Source: a virus
Lineage: Duplodnaviria; Caudoviricetes
Virus record (IMG/VR): IMGVR_UViG_3300037419_000146
Location: 1 to 30,386 of that record
DNA: 30,386 nucleotides
Direction: 5' to 3' (one strand)
The first letter of the stretch is position 1, and every line of letters begins with the position of its first letter. Below are positions 1 to 8,100 of this stretch, piece by piece. The notes under the pieces were generated by a model. That model saw only the letters and a list, made by a program, of their open reading frames with translations, had not been told where the DNA came from and did not search any database. Both the position numbers and the translations under genes were made by a program.

Positions 1-756
1 GTTGGTCCCGTGGGCGCTGGCGTTCCTGCTGGTGGAACAACCGGGCAGGTGCTCAAGAAGGCAAGCTCGACCAATTATGATACAACGTGGTCCACGCCTA
101 CAACAGCACTTTCGAGTCTAACCGATGTCAACCTGTCAACCGCCCCAAGCAATGGTCAGGCGTTGGTATTCGACGCAGCTTCTGGAAAGTGGAAGGCCGG
201 AACGGGTATCAGCGGCTCATTGACGACAATTGCGCAATTGACGCTGGCTACTCCTCAGCAAAACATCGATTTTGCATCCATCCCGAATACATTCAAGGAC
301 CTCATCATCGAGGGCAGGGTGCGTTCAAGCCGCGCCGGAGTTCTGAATGACAATATTATTTTTCATGTGGGCACTGGTGGGGTATTGGACAACTCACCAT
401 CAGGAACCAATTACCGTCTGTTTGTGGAGACCACTTCGCAGGTTTCGCCTGCTCAGGACACCAACTCTACCGGAGTATCTAACTACAAGGTGGCAGAGCG
501 AGCTTGTCCAGCGGCAACAGCAGATGCCGATGTGTGGGGCACTTTCCGAATCGTAGTTTACGATTACGCGAATTCTGCTTACTGGAGAGTCATTCAGAGT
601 GAAGCATACTCCCACGCAAACACCTCCGCGATGTATCGAGATGTCTCAAACGGGCACTGGAAGAATAAGACTGGCGCGATTGATACCGTCCGAGTCCTTG
701 CTGGTTCGGCCAGCTTCATTGTCGGCTCCACGTTTCGCCTGTACGGACGAAATTAA
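1..756 (+). CDS. Fibre-like/decoration virion protein, 5'-truncated (C-terminal part)
   Basis: Frame is open from base 1 (VGPVGAGVPAGG...), so the GTG at 10 is probably internal. Motifs GGTTGQVLKK..TNYDTTW and LSSLTDVN..PSNGQALVFD...KW are typical of phage fibre repeats, followed by a beta-rich C-terminal domain ending STFRLYG. Lies just before the head-tail genes. Confidence 0.6.
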   Translation, partial: VGPVGAGVPAGGTTGQVLKKASSTNYDTTWSTPTTALSSLTDVNLSTAPSNGQALVFDAASGKWKAGTGISGSLTTIAQLTLATPQQNIDFASIPNTFKDLIIEGRVRSSRAGVLNDNIIFHVGTGGVLDNSPSGTNYRLFVETTSQVSPAQDTNSTGVSNYKVAERACPAATADADVWGTFRIVVYDYANSAYWRVIQSEAYSHANTSAMYRDVSNGHWKNKTGAIDTVRVLAGSASFIVGSTFRLYGRN

Positions 757-763
757 TCATCGG

Positions 764-793
764 TTGGGAAAATAAGGTGGAAAGGGGTATAAT
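764..793 (+). promoter_or_regulatory. Putative sigma70/HrdB-type promoter, probably leaderless
   Basis: TTGGGA (764-769), 18-nt spacer, TATAAT (788-793); the ATG at 800 is 6 nt after the -10. The -35 is a weak match. Confidence 0.55.
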
Positions 794-799
794 TCAAAT

Positions 800-1708
800 A
801 TGGAAATTTACAGGAATGAACTAGCTAATGTAGTCTTGAAGGTGCCAGTCACCTCAAGCACAGGAACCATTGATGTGGAAGCATACGATGGCTCTACACT
901 CCTGCACAGTTTTCCCACAGTTGATGCTGTTTCTGGCGGTTATCAGGTAGCCCTGCCGTTTAGCCTTGTGAGCTTTGACAGGGAATTCGTTGTGAGGTGG
1001 AACTTCGACTACCTAGAAAATGGTCAGACTAAGACCTACTCACAGAATATTCCCGTCAGGGTTTCAACTCCCTATGTGTCGCTAGAGGATATCAGTGCGA
1101 ACATTCCAGACATCAATTCCTATGCGACTGACGCCGAAGTAATTCGAGCAGAACGTCGTATTCGTGGAATCATTGATAACTACACTGGACAAAGTTTCGG
1201 GCGATTCGTCGGTAAGCGTCAGGTAATCGGAGCTGGCGACATTCAGCTCAAGTTGCCCGAGCGACTGGTAACCCTCACAGACATTTCCGGGTCGAACGTT
1301 CTGTTCGACAGCACCGGACATGCCGTTCCGGGAGCATATTCCATTCGTGGCGATGGCTACTACCTGGGAGTATCGAATCCAACTCCAGAAGGCGATTATG
1401 TATTCGAGAACGTAATCCGTGACCCAGATTCCATGTGGAATCGCGGCGGTTTCAGGGACAATATCGTATACACCGTTGAAGGAGTATGGGGATACGACGA
1501 GGTACCAACCGAGGTAAAGGAAGCAGCCCTCATCTTGATTGAGGAGACGCTGTGCCCACAGGCGGTTTACCGAGACCGTTATCTCAAGGCCATTAGTGGA
1601 GACGGATGGCGTTATGAATTCACCCCAGGTGCATACAGCGGAACGGGAAGCGTAATTGCTGACCAGCTTCTTGAGCAGTTCCGTCGTACCTCATTGACGG
1701 TGATTTAA
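800..1708 (+). CDS. Head-to-tail adaptor protein
   Basis: 302 aa; AERRIRGIIDNYTGQSFG and YTVEGVWGYDEVPTEVKEAALIL...ADQLLEQFRR are characteristic of gp6/gp15-like adaptors; N-terminal beta-sandwich extension; synteny. Confidence 0.8.
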   Translation: MEIYRNELANVVLKVPVTSSTGTIDVEAYDGSTLLHSFPTVDAVSGGYQVALPFSLVSFDREFVVRWNFDYLENGQTKTYSQNIPVRVSTPYVSLEDISANIPDINSYATDAEVIRAERRIRGIIDNYTGQSFGRFVGKRQVIGAGDIQLKLPERLVTLTDISGSNVLFDSTGHAVPGAYSIRGDGYYLGVSNPTPEGDYVFENVIRDPDSMWNRGGFRDNIVYTVEGVWGYDEVPTEVKEAALILIEETLCPQAVYRDRYLKAISGDGWRYEFTPGAYSGTGSVIADQLLEQFRRTSLTVI

Positions 1709-2181
1709 TGCGTTGTCTATCTAGTGCGAAGCTGAGCATGCTGGTGGATATTATCAAGCCATCCAGCGCTCCAGCCGAAGGCGATGAGACGGGCCACTGG
1801 GAATATGTGCAGGACCCAGATTCAGGTGCAATGGTTCAGGTATGGGTAGTCGATAATCCAGACACCCCCGAGGTCGAGGGGCACGTCATCAAGGGCGTGC
1901 GCTGTCTGGCACGGGCTACCGGAATGCGTCCAGAAGTATGGAACGAAGAATACCTGAATGAGGAATGGGTGAAGCTCACCGTGGCCGCGAATGCCAACAT
2001 CACCTTGCGGGACAAGCTTACCAACATCAGGACGTTCAACGGCCAGCCTATCTGGACCGAGGAAGAGTCTGACGGTAATCCTGCCACCACATTTGATGTA
2101 TTCAGGGTTTCGCCGGTTATCGATGGCTTTGGAAACGTAGTGGAAAAGTCGGTCCTCGCAAAGAGGGCTGAGGTGCAGTAA
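1708..2181 (+). CDS. Head-to-tail stopper (head closure) protein
   Basis: 157 aa, coupled by TAATG overlap; beta-rich with ITLRDKLTNIR...FDVFRVSPVID pattern; position right after the adaptor. Confidence 0.65.
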   Translation: MRCLSSAKLSMLVDIIKPSSAPAEGDETGHWEYVQDPDSGAMVQVWVVDNPDTPEVEGHVIKGVRCLARATGMRPEVWNEEYLNEEWVKLTVAANANITLRDKLTNIRTFNGQPIWTEEESDGNPATTFDVFRVSPVIDGFGNVVEKSVLAKRAEVQ

Positions 2182-3026
2182 TGGCAGGAAAGCCATTTCT
2201 GGCTATCGGAGTGGACACGGCTGAGGCTTCTGCTTTGGCCGGGTTCCTCTCTACGCTTTCCATGGAGATTAAGACCGCCAGGCATATTGGTCCGGTTCTC
2301 AAAATGACTCACGCCATTATGAGCGAGGAGTTCACCGAGCACATGGCCACGATGGCTCCTACCCAGGCTTCCCGATTCCACCACGTATACGAATGGGGGA
2401 TGGTCGGAGTTCCACAGGCAAAACTGTGGAATGACAAGCTTGTTGGTGGTGGCAATAATCGAATTGCTACCTTTACGTGGCGTGCTTCCAAGAAGACCGT
2501 TCCTGTCCGTGAGGATTTCGCGGCGGTGGGAGTTAAGCAGATTCACGTATTCGTGTGGAAGGCTCCAGTAATGGAGTACGGAGACTCGGTAACCATCGCT
2601 CCTAAGCGTGGAAAGTTTATTGCCTACTTCACTGGACCTACGACGCCAGAGGGCAAGTATCCCGGACCAGAGGACGAGGAGCCGACAATCACCGACCACC
2701 CAATTACGGTGCAGAATCCGGGCGGTGCTACTCGTGGAGCATTCACCGCAGAATACGTAGCTTGGTGGGGTGGACCTGGAGGACAGGCAACATTCGATAG
2801 GCGTATCCGCACAGTTCTAGAGAACGACCTGGGAAGAATGCCTATTGAGGAAACAACAAAGAAGTTCCGACGTGCCCGCAACAAGGCATTCGGAATGCAG
2901 TCGGCAGCCAATGCCGAGAGGGCTTTTGAAGCCGGACGATTGGCGGCTAGAAAATACTTGCAGGCTCGTTCGGCTAACTACATCAACCAGGCGAGGGCAA
3001 GAGAAAGGTTGATTTACGGTGACTGA
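2181..3026 (+). CDS. Putative neck/tail-completion virion protein
   Basis: 281 aa, TAATG coupling, lies between stopper and tail terminator; function inferred from position only. Confidence 0.5.
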   Translation: MAGKPFLAIGVDTAEASALAGFLSTLSMEIKTARHIGPVLKMTHAIMSEEFTEHMATMAPTQASRFHHVYEWGMVGVPQAKLWNDKLVGGGNNRIATFTWRASKKTVPVREDFAAVGVKQIHVFVWKAPVMEYGDSVTIAPKRGKFIAYFTGPTTPEGKYPGPEDEEPTITDHPITVQNPGGATRGAFTAEYVAWWGGPGGQATFDRRIRTVLENDLGRMPIEETTKKFRRARNKAFGMQSAANAERAFEAGRLAARKYLQARSANYINQARARERLIYGD

Positions 3027-3546
3027 TTATCGCACGATGGGTGCGCACCAGATTAACAAGTGGCTATGGGCAAAGCTCAAGGACTTCGAATACAAGTCCG
3101 GAGTTAATGCTTTCGGAGCTTATGGTACGGGCACAGGACAGAAGAATCTGGTCCCAATCATCCCGACCCAGCAGCAGCCACAGTTCCTTGATATCGCTGG
3201 TGGGGCTCCCTTTCTCGTGTACAACTACATTGTCTCGTCATACGCCTCTGAATGGTGGCTATGCCGTGAGCAGTGTGCCTATGTCATTTACGACAATGAC
3301 GAGGAAAGACTGCGGGCTATTCATGGATACATGGTTGACCTGCTAAGGCGAATGGATTGGACAGCCCGCGATGTGAATGCATCAGAGACCACGGACAAGC
3401 GATTCGATTTTAAGTACGTACAGCTTACCAGCGCTTCTGGACCTGATGAATTCAGTACCGAGGGTGGCCGTACAGGAGCCATGGTGGTCGTGAATTACGA
3501 ATATACCATGGATATGAAGACAGATAGCTCTGGCCTAAGGGTTTAG
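3019..3546 (+). CDS. Tail terminator protein
   Basis: 175 aa, GTG start overlapping the upstream stop; PFLVYNY motif and terminal MVVVNYEY strand; immediately upstream of the major tail protein. Confidence 0.65.
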   Translation: MTDYRTMGAHQINKWLWAKLKDFEYKSGVNAFGAYGTGTGQKNLVPIIPTQQQPQFLDIAGGAPFLVYNYIVSSYASEWWLCREQCAYVIYDNDEERLRAIHGYMVDLLRRMDWTARDVNASETTDKRFDFKYVQLTSASGPDEFSTEGGRTGAMVVVNYEYTMDMKTDSSGLRV

Positions 3547-3549
3547 AGT

Positions 3550-3578
3550 TTGCTTTAGAATTTAGGCGACGGTATTAT
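3550..3578 (+). promoter_or_regulatory. Putative promoter for major tail protein
   Basis: TTGCTT (3550-3555), 17 nt, TATTAT (3573-3578); strong RBS GGAGGTGA upstream of ATG 3646. Confidence 0.55.
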
Positions 3579-3645
3579 ACTCATATAGAGGAAGTGCCTA
3601 GCCAGCACACAATATCTTTTCAACTTAAATGGAGGTGACATTAAA

Positions 3646-4329
3646 ATGGCATACAGTACACGTAACATCATCGTTGGTGCGGCAGCACTTTACATTTCCG
3701 AGAAGGACAGCACCGACGCGGGTTGGTTCGCGGCAGCATCAGCGCCAGCCACGGCAACTAAGGAAGCTGTTGTGCTTGGACAGTCTGGTCCTTCGCTAGC
3801 CAAGGCAGCCAGCGGTAGCCTATCAGCAGCGCTTGACGCTGACTCCGATTTCCGTCACGCGGGATTCACTACCGAGGGCCTTGAGGTTTCTTACGAGCCT
3901 GACTACGGTGAGGTCGAGGTTGACCAGCTCCTTGACTCGGCTAAGCTTTTCAAGCAGTCGATGAAGGTAACCGTTAACACGACCCTTGCAGAGGCTTCCC
4001 TAGAGAACCTTCTTGTAGCGTGGGGACAGCAGGGCTCGACCCTAACGTCTAGCGGTTCGGATAACACTCTTGGTATTGCCGCAGGTGCGCTTGGAGACGA
4101 GCCTACTGAGCGTGCGTTGGTAGCCGTTGGTCCTGGACCACGAGCTGTAGATGGCGCAAAGCGCGAGCGTATTTACCACGCCCGTCGTGTTCTTTCCGTT
4201 GAGGCTTCGGCCCACAGCGTAAAGCGTAACGAGGCCACGGTATTCCCAGTAGCATTCCGTCTGCTACCAGACCCAAACGCTGCGTTCGCAGGTGCAGAGT
4301 ACGGCGTAATTCGCGACCGTAACGTCTGA
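3646..4329 (+). CDS. Major tail (tube) protein
   Basis: 227 aa; NIIVGAAALY, GFTTEGLEVSYEPDYGEVEVDQ, TTLAEASLENL and RNEATVFPVAF are siphovirus tail tube motifs; strong RBS; followed by a terminator and the chaperone gene. Confidence 0.9.
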   Translation: MAYSTRNIIVGAAALYISEKDSTDAGWFAAASAPATATKEAVVLGQSGPSLAKAASGSLSAALDADSDFRHAGFTTEGLEVSYEPDYGEVEVDQLLDSAKLFKQSMKVTVNTTLAEASLENLLVAWGQQGSTLTSSGSDNTLGIAAGALGDEPTERALVAVGPGPRAVDGAKRERIYHARRVLSVEASAHSVKRNEATVFPVAFRLLPDPNAAFAGAEYGVIRDRNV

Positions 4330-4354
4330 GCGAACTAAAAAGTCTTGATGAGAG

Positions 4355-4385
4355 CCCCAGCAGAAATGCTGGGGTCTTTCATTTT
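4355..4385 (+). terminator. Intrinsic terminator after major tail gene
   Basis: CCCCAGCA-GAAA-TGCTGGGG (8-bp stem, GNRA loop, 4355-4374) followed by TCTTTCATTTT. Confidence 0.85.
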
Positions 4386-4416
4386 GCGATTGCCCATTTT
4401 CATGGTAAGATATAAT
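4384..4416 (+). promoter_or_regulatory. Putative promoter for chaperone/tape measure operon
   Basis: TTGCGA (4384) or TTGCCC (4390) upstream of an extended -10 TGG-TAAGAT (4406-4411) overlapping TATAAT (4411-4416); spacing is slightly short. Confidence 0.5.
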
Positions 4417-4441
4417 CAACTGGAAGGAAAGGTTTAATTTA

Positions 4442-4792
4442 ATGGCAACAACGGTTTACACTACCGAGGAAGTCCAGCTACAGGACGACACCAAGGTAAC
4501 TCTGAGGCCACTTAACATCAAGGGTCTGCGTAAGTTCATGACGGTTATGGAGAACTTCGGCAAGTCTGAGAATGACGAGGAGGGCTTCGAGATTCTTCTA
4601 ACGGCGGCGGCTCTGTGTCTTGCTAAGCAGCGACCCGAGTTCTATGACGCGGAAAAGGGAACGGCTACCGAGGCGTTTGAGGATGCCGCAGATATGCCAA
4701 CCATCTACAAGATTTTGGATGTGTGTGGAGGCGTTAAGCTGAACGACCCAAATCTTCTAGCGATGGCGGCGGAAGCACTTGGGAAGAACTAG
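4442..4792 (+). CDS. Tail assembly chaperone (short, gpG-like form)
   Basis: 116 aa between major tail and tape measure genes; RBS GGAAGGAAAGG; contains a slippery site. Confidence 0.85.
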   Translation: MATTVYTTEEVQLQDDTKVTLRPLNIKGLRKFMTVMENFGKSENDEEGFEILLTAAALCLAKQRPEFYDAEKGTATEAFEDAADMPTIYKILDVCGGVKLNDPNLLAMAAEALGKN

Positions 4793-5100
4793 ACCTCGCC
4801 AAACTTGAGGCAGAGGTTTTTCTCCTAGGTATGTGGAAGAATTTCGATGAACTGGAAGAGAATCTAAGTATTCAGGAAATCGAAGTTCTTCTCGATGCAT
4901 CTAGAGCCCAGGAATACGAGAGGCAGAAATTCGCTGCCGCGCTGAAGGGCATTGACCTGGACGACAAGTCCGGAAAGAGTGGAACCGACGATACACCATC
5001 GTTCGAGGATATCAAGCGCAGGGCCGAAGCAAAGGCTCGCGGGATTTCAGAAGACCAGCTTGCATTCGCGGACATTGGAATCGCTGTGATTGAAGAATAA
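4442..5100 (+). CDS. Tail assembly chaperone, -1 frameshifted long form (gpGT-like, ~219 aa; join 4442..4753,4753..5100)
   Basis: In-frame heptamer C CCA AAT at 4747-4753; the -1 frame is open from 4738 to the stop at 5100 and reads SSSDGGGSTWEELDLAKLEAEVFLLGMWKNF..., so track ORF 4831..5100 is its tail. Confidence 0.85.
4747..4753 (+). other. Programmed -1 ribosomal frameshift slippery sequence CCCAAAT
   Basis: Matches X XXY YYZ in the correct phase within the overlap of the two chaperone frames. Confidence 0.8.
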
Positions 5101-5118
5101 ATATAGGGACTGACTAAA

Positions 5119-8100
5119 ATAGATAACATTCAAATTCGGTTTAGTGCTTCGGCAAACTTCGCACCTGTTTCTGCCGAAGTAACTCGCCTCAACCAGCAGC
5201 TCGCGCTTATGCAGCGACAGTTGGCACAGGGTCTAACGCCAGGTAAGTTGAACGATACTCGTACAGCTTTCCGTACGGCGGTACAAGGTCTTAACGATTA
5301 CCACGTTGAGGCCGTTAAGAACGTGTCCGCAACTGCGGCAATGACCGAAGCACTGACCAAGAATGAAGTTTCTATTGTTCGTGCCTATAAGTCCCGCAAG
5401 ATGTTTAACGATATCTTGCGGGAGCAGCTTGCCTTGCAGAAGGCGACCACCGTGCAGTGGTCTCAGAACGCGATGGGTCAGACCCGCGCGGATATGATTG
5501 TACCTCGTGGCGTAACTAGTAATGTGGACGCTCTCACGAGGTCTTTTAGCACCAACCTAAGGGCGCTTAACCCGCTCAAGTTCCGAACCGCCGAATTTGG
5601 TGAAGCGGCGCGGGTTATGTCTACTCGTATTGCCCTAACAACCGCCACGCTCGCATCCAGCTCCCACATGATGATTAACTGGGGTAAGAATGTACAGTGG
5701 GCCGGTCGTCAGCTTATGGTTGGTTTCACCGTGCCATTCATGGCCTTTGGTGTCGCGGCTGGTGCCGCTGCCTATCAGGTAGACAAGCAGCTTACTCGTA
5801 TCACTAAGGTTTATGACACCACCGCTAAGGACGCGGCGGGTAAGCAGTCAGAGCTAGATAGGCTCCGTGCCGAATCAATGGATATGGCCGCACAGGCAGC
5901 CAAGCGTTACGGTGTCGCCATGAAGGACACCCTGAGCGTTGAGGCCGAGCTAGCCGCAGCCGGTAAGCAGGGTCGTGACCTAACCACTGGTACGGCGGAA
6001 GTTATGCGTGCTTCCACCCTTGGTGAGCTTGATTATCAGCAGACTGTAAAGGCATCTATCGCTCTCCAGTCTATCTACAAGTACAACACTGAACAGCTTG
6101 GCGATGCGTTTAACTTCATGAACTCCCTCGAAAACGCCACCAACCTATCTATGCAGGATATGGTTGACACGATTCCTCGTGCCTCCGGTTCTCTTGCCAC
6201 CCTGAACGTAAGCTTGCAGGATACTGGTGTTCTTATGGCAGCCATGAAGGAGCGTGGTGTTGACGCGGCGCAGGGAGCTAACGCCCTAAAGTCTGCTGTC
6301 AACCGAGTTCTGAACCCTGGCGATAACGTCGTCCAGAAGTGGGCGGATGCTGGCATTAGCATCACTAAGATTGTTAAGAATTCCGGCGGCGATTTCATGA
6401 AGATGCTATACGCAATCTCTGACGCCCTAAGGAAGTTTGATGACGACCCGACCAAGAGAATGCAGCTTATCGGCTCTCTCTTCGGCACCATGCAGATGGA
6501 CCGTATCGGTAAGGTTCTTTCTGGTCTAGAGGACATTCACAAGGAGACCACCCAGGTTGGTCGTGCATACAAGGTAGCTCACCAGAACGCCGAGCAGTGG
6601 GGCGCAACAGCCACATCCGAGATGGCCCGTATTCAGGCGTCCGCTTCCGGTAAGTTCAAGCGTGCCCTAGAGACCATCAAGGCCAGCCTCGCAGAAGCCG
6701 GTAAGCCGTTCCTTGAGATTGGTTCAACCGTTCTCGGCTGGATTAGTAAGGTCGTTAGCGCGTTCAATAGCCTGGGCGGTGGGGCCAAGAGGACCATTGC
6801 TGCCATTATGCTATTCGGTGCTATTGCTGGTCCACTCATTATGATTGGCGGTCTTATCGCCAACATGTTCGGTCACCTGATGAAGGTGGGCGTGGCCATG
6901 GGTGGGCTACTGTCTCGTACCCGAATTATGACCGCAGAGCAGCGGGCCCAGCAGATGATGAGCGAGCGTAGCTCTCTCGCCTGGACAAACCAGGCTCACG
7001 CGGCGCAGGCTCTTTCTGGACAGCTCCAGGTGCTTACCACAAATCTTGAGCGTATGGCTGTTGCGCAGGCACAGGCCAACGGAACCGGAATTAGCGGATA
7101 CAGGAATACGACCCCCAACTACGGTACGAATATTGGTGGTATTGGTCCTGCCGTTCCGACAGGGCCGGGATATCGTCAGACTGCAAACGGGCGCTATCAG
7201 AATGTCGCGACTGGCCGTTTTGTAAGCGCAGCCGAGGCACAGGCTTATGCAGCCGCGCAGGCCGCAGCCGCTCGCTCTACCCAGCAGCAGGCACAGAACG
7301 CGGCGGCTACTCGTCGTAGCTTTACCGGAATTGCTTCCGCCGTTGGTGGTATTGCGCTTATGGGTGGAATGATGGCAACGGCTTCTGGTCATGCTTCCGG
7401 AATGCTTATGACCATGACAAATATGGCGCTTATTGCTGCCACCATTGGCCCTATGCTGGTTGCCGGATTTAAGAAGGCAGCGGCGGCCGGTGCTCTAGCC
7501 GATGTTACTTCCGCATTCGCTACAGGTCGTCGTGCGGGTAGTATCGCCGGTCGTGGAGGCGTTGGTCAGATTGCCTCTGGACTTTCTGCGGCCATTGGCC
7601 CGGCCCGAGCGCTTCTAGCCACCTTCCTTCGATTCGCTGGTATTGTTGGTGTAATCGCAACCGTTGGTATTGTAATTTCCAAGATGGTTGGCGAAATGAA
7701 CCGCATGACCGAGGCCCAGAAGAACATCGAGAACTCGGCTAAGAGCTGGGCGGATGTCCTTGGATTCGTTTACGAAGAGGCATCGAATATCGAGACGGTT
7801 TCCGGCAAGACCGTTAACAATTATGACGCCATGGCCTCAAAGTTCCGTGAGGCAAACAAGGATACTGCTGACTACCTACGTAGCCTAAAGGATGCCGGTC
7901 ACAGGCAGGAGGCAATCAATGCGTCCATTTACGAGGGTGTCAAGGTTAAGACTCACGGTGGTACGGCGTCAGAGGCCAAGAATGCCGTTGCCACCGCGCT
8001 TCGAGCCGCCGGATTCAAGACCAACGAGATTAATGAAATCCTTATCGACATCAAGGGAAGAATTAAGTTCGACACCGATGACGAAACACTTAAGGAGCAG

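Noticed and set aside
1836-2699. 287-aa minus-strand ORF
   Set aside because: Antisense shadow of two well-supported structural genes; no recognisable motifs or expression signals.
4272-4278. In-phase slippery-like heptamer C CCA AAC near the end of the major tail gene (possible Ig-domain extension by frameshift)
   Set aside because: The -1 frame stops at TAA 4320-4322, before the normal stop, and a terminator follows, so no extended product is possible.
4781-4787. GGGAAGA just before the chaperone stop as the frameshift site
   Set aside because: Not an X XXY YYZ heptamer and not in slippage phase; CCCAAAT at 4747 fits properly.
4831-5100. Stand-alone 89-aa gene
   Set aside because: No convincing RBS; better explained as the frameshifted C-terminal part of the chaperone.
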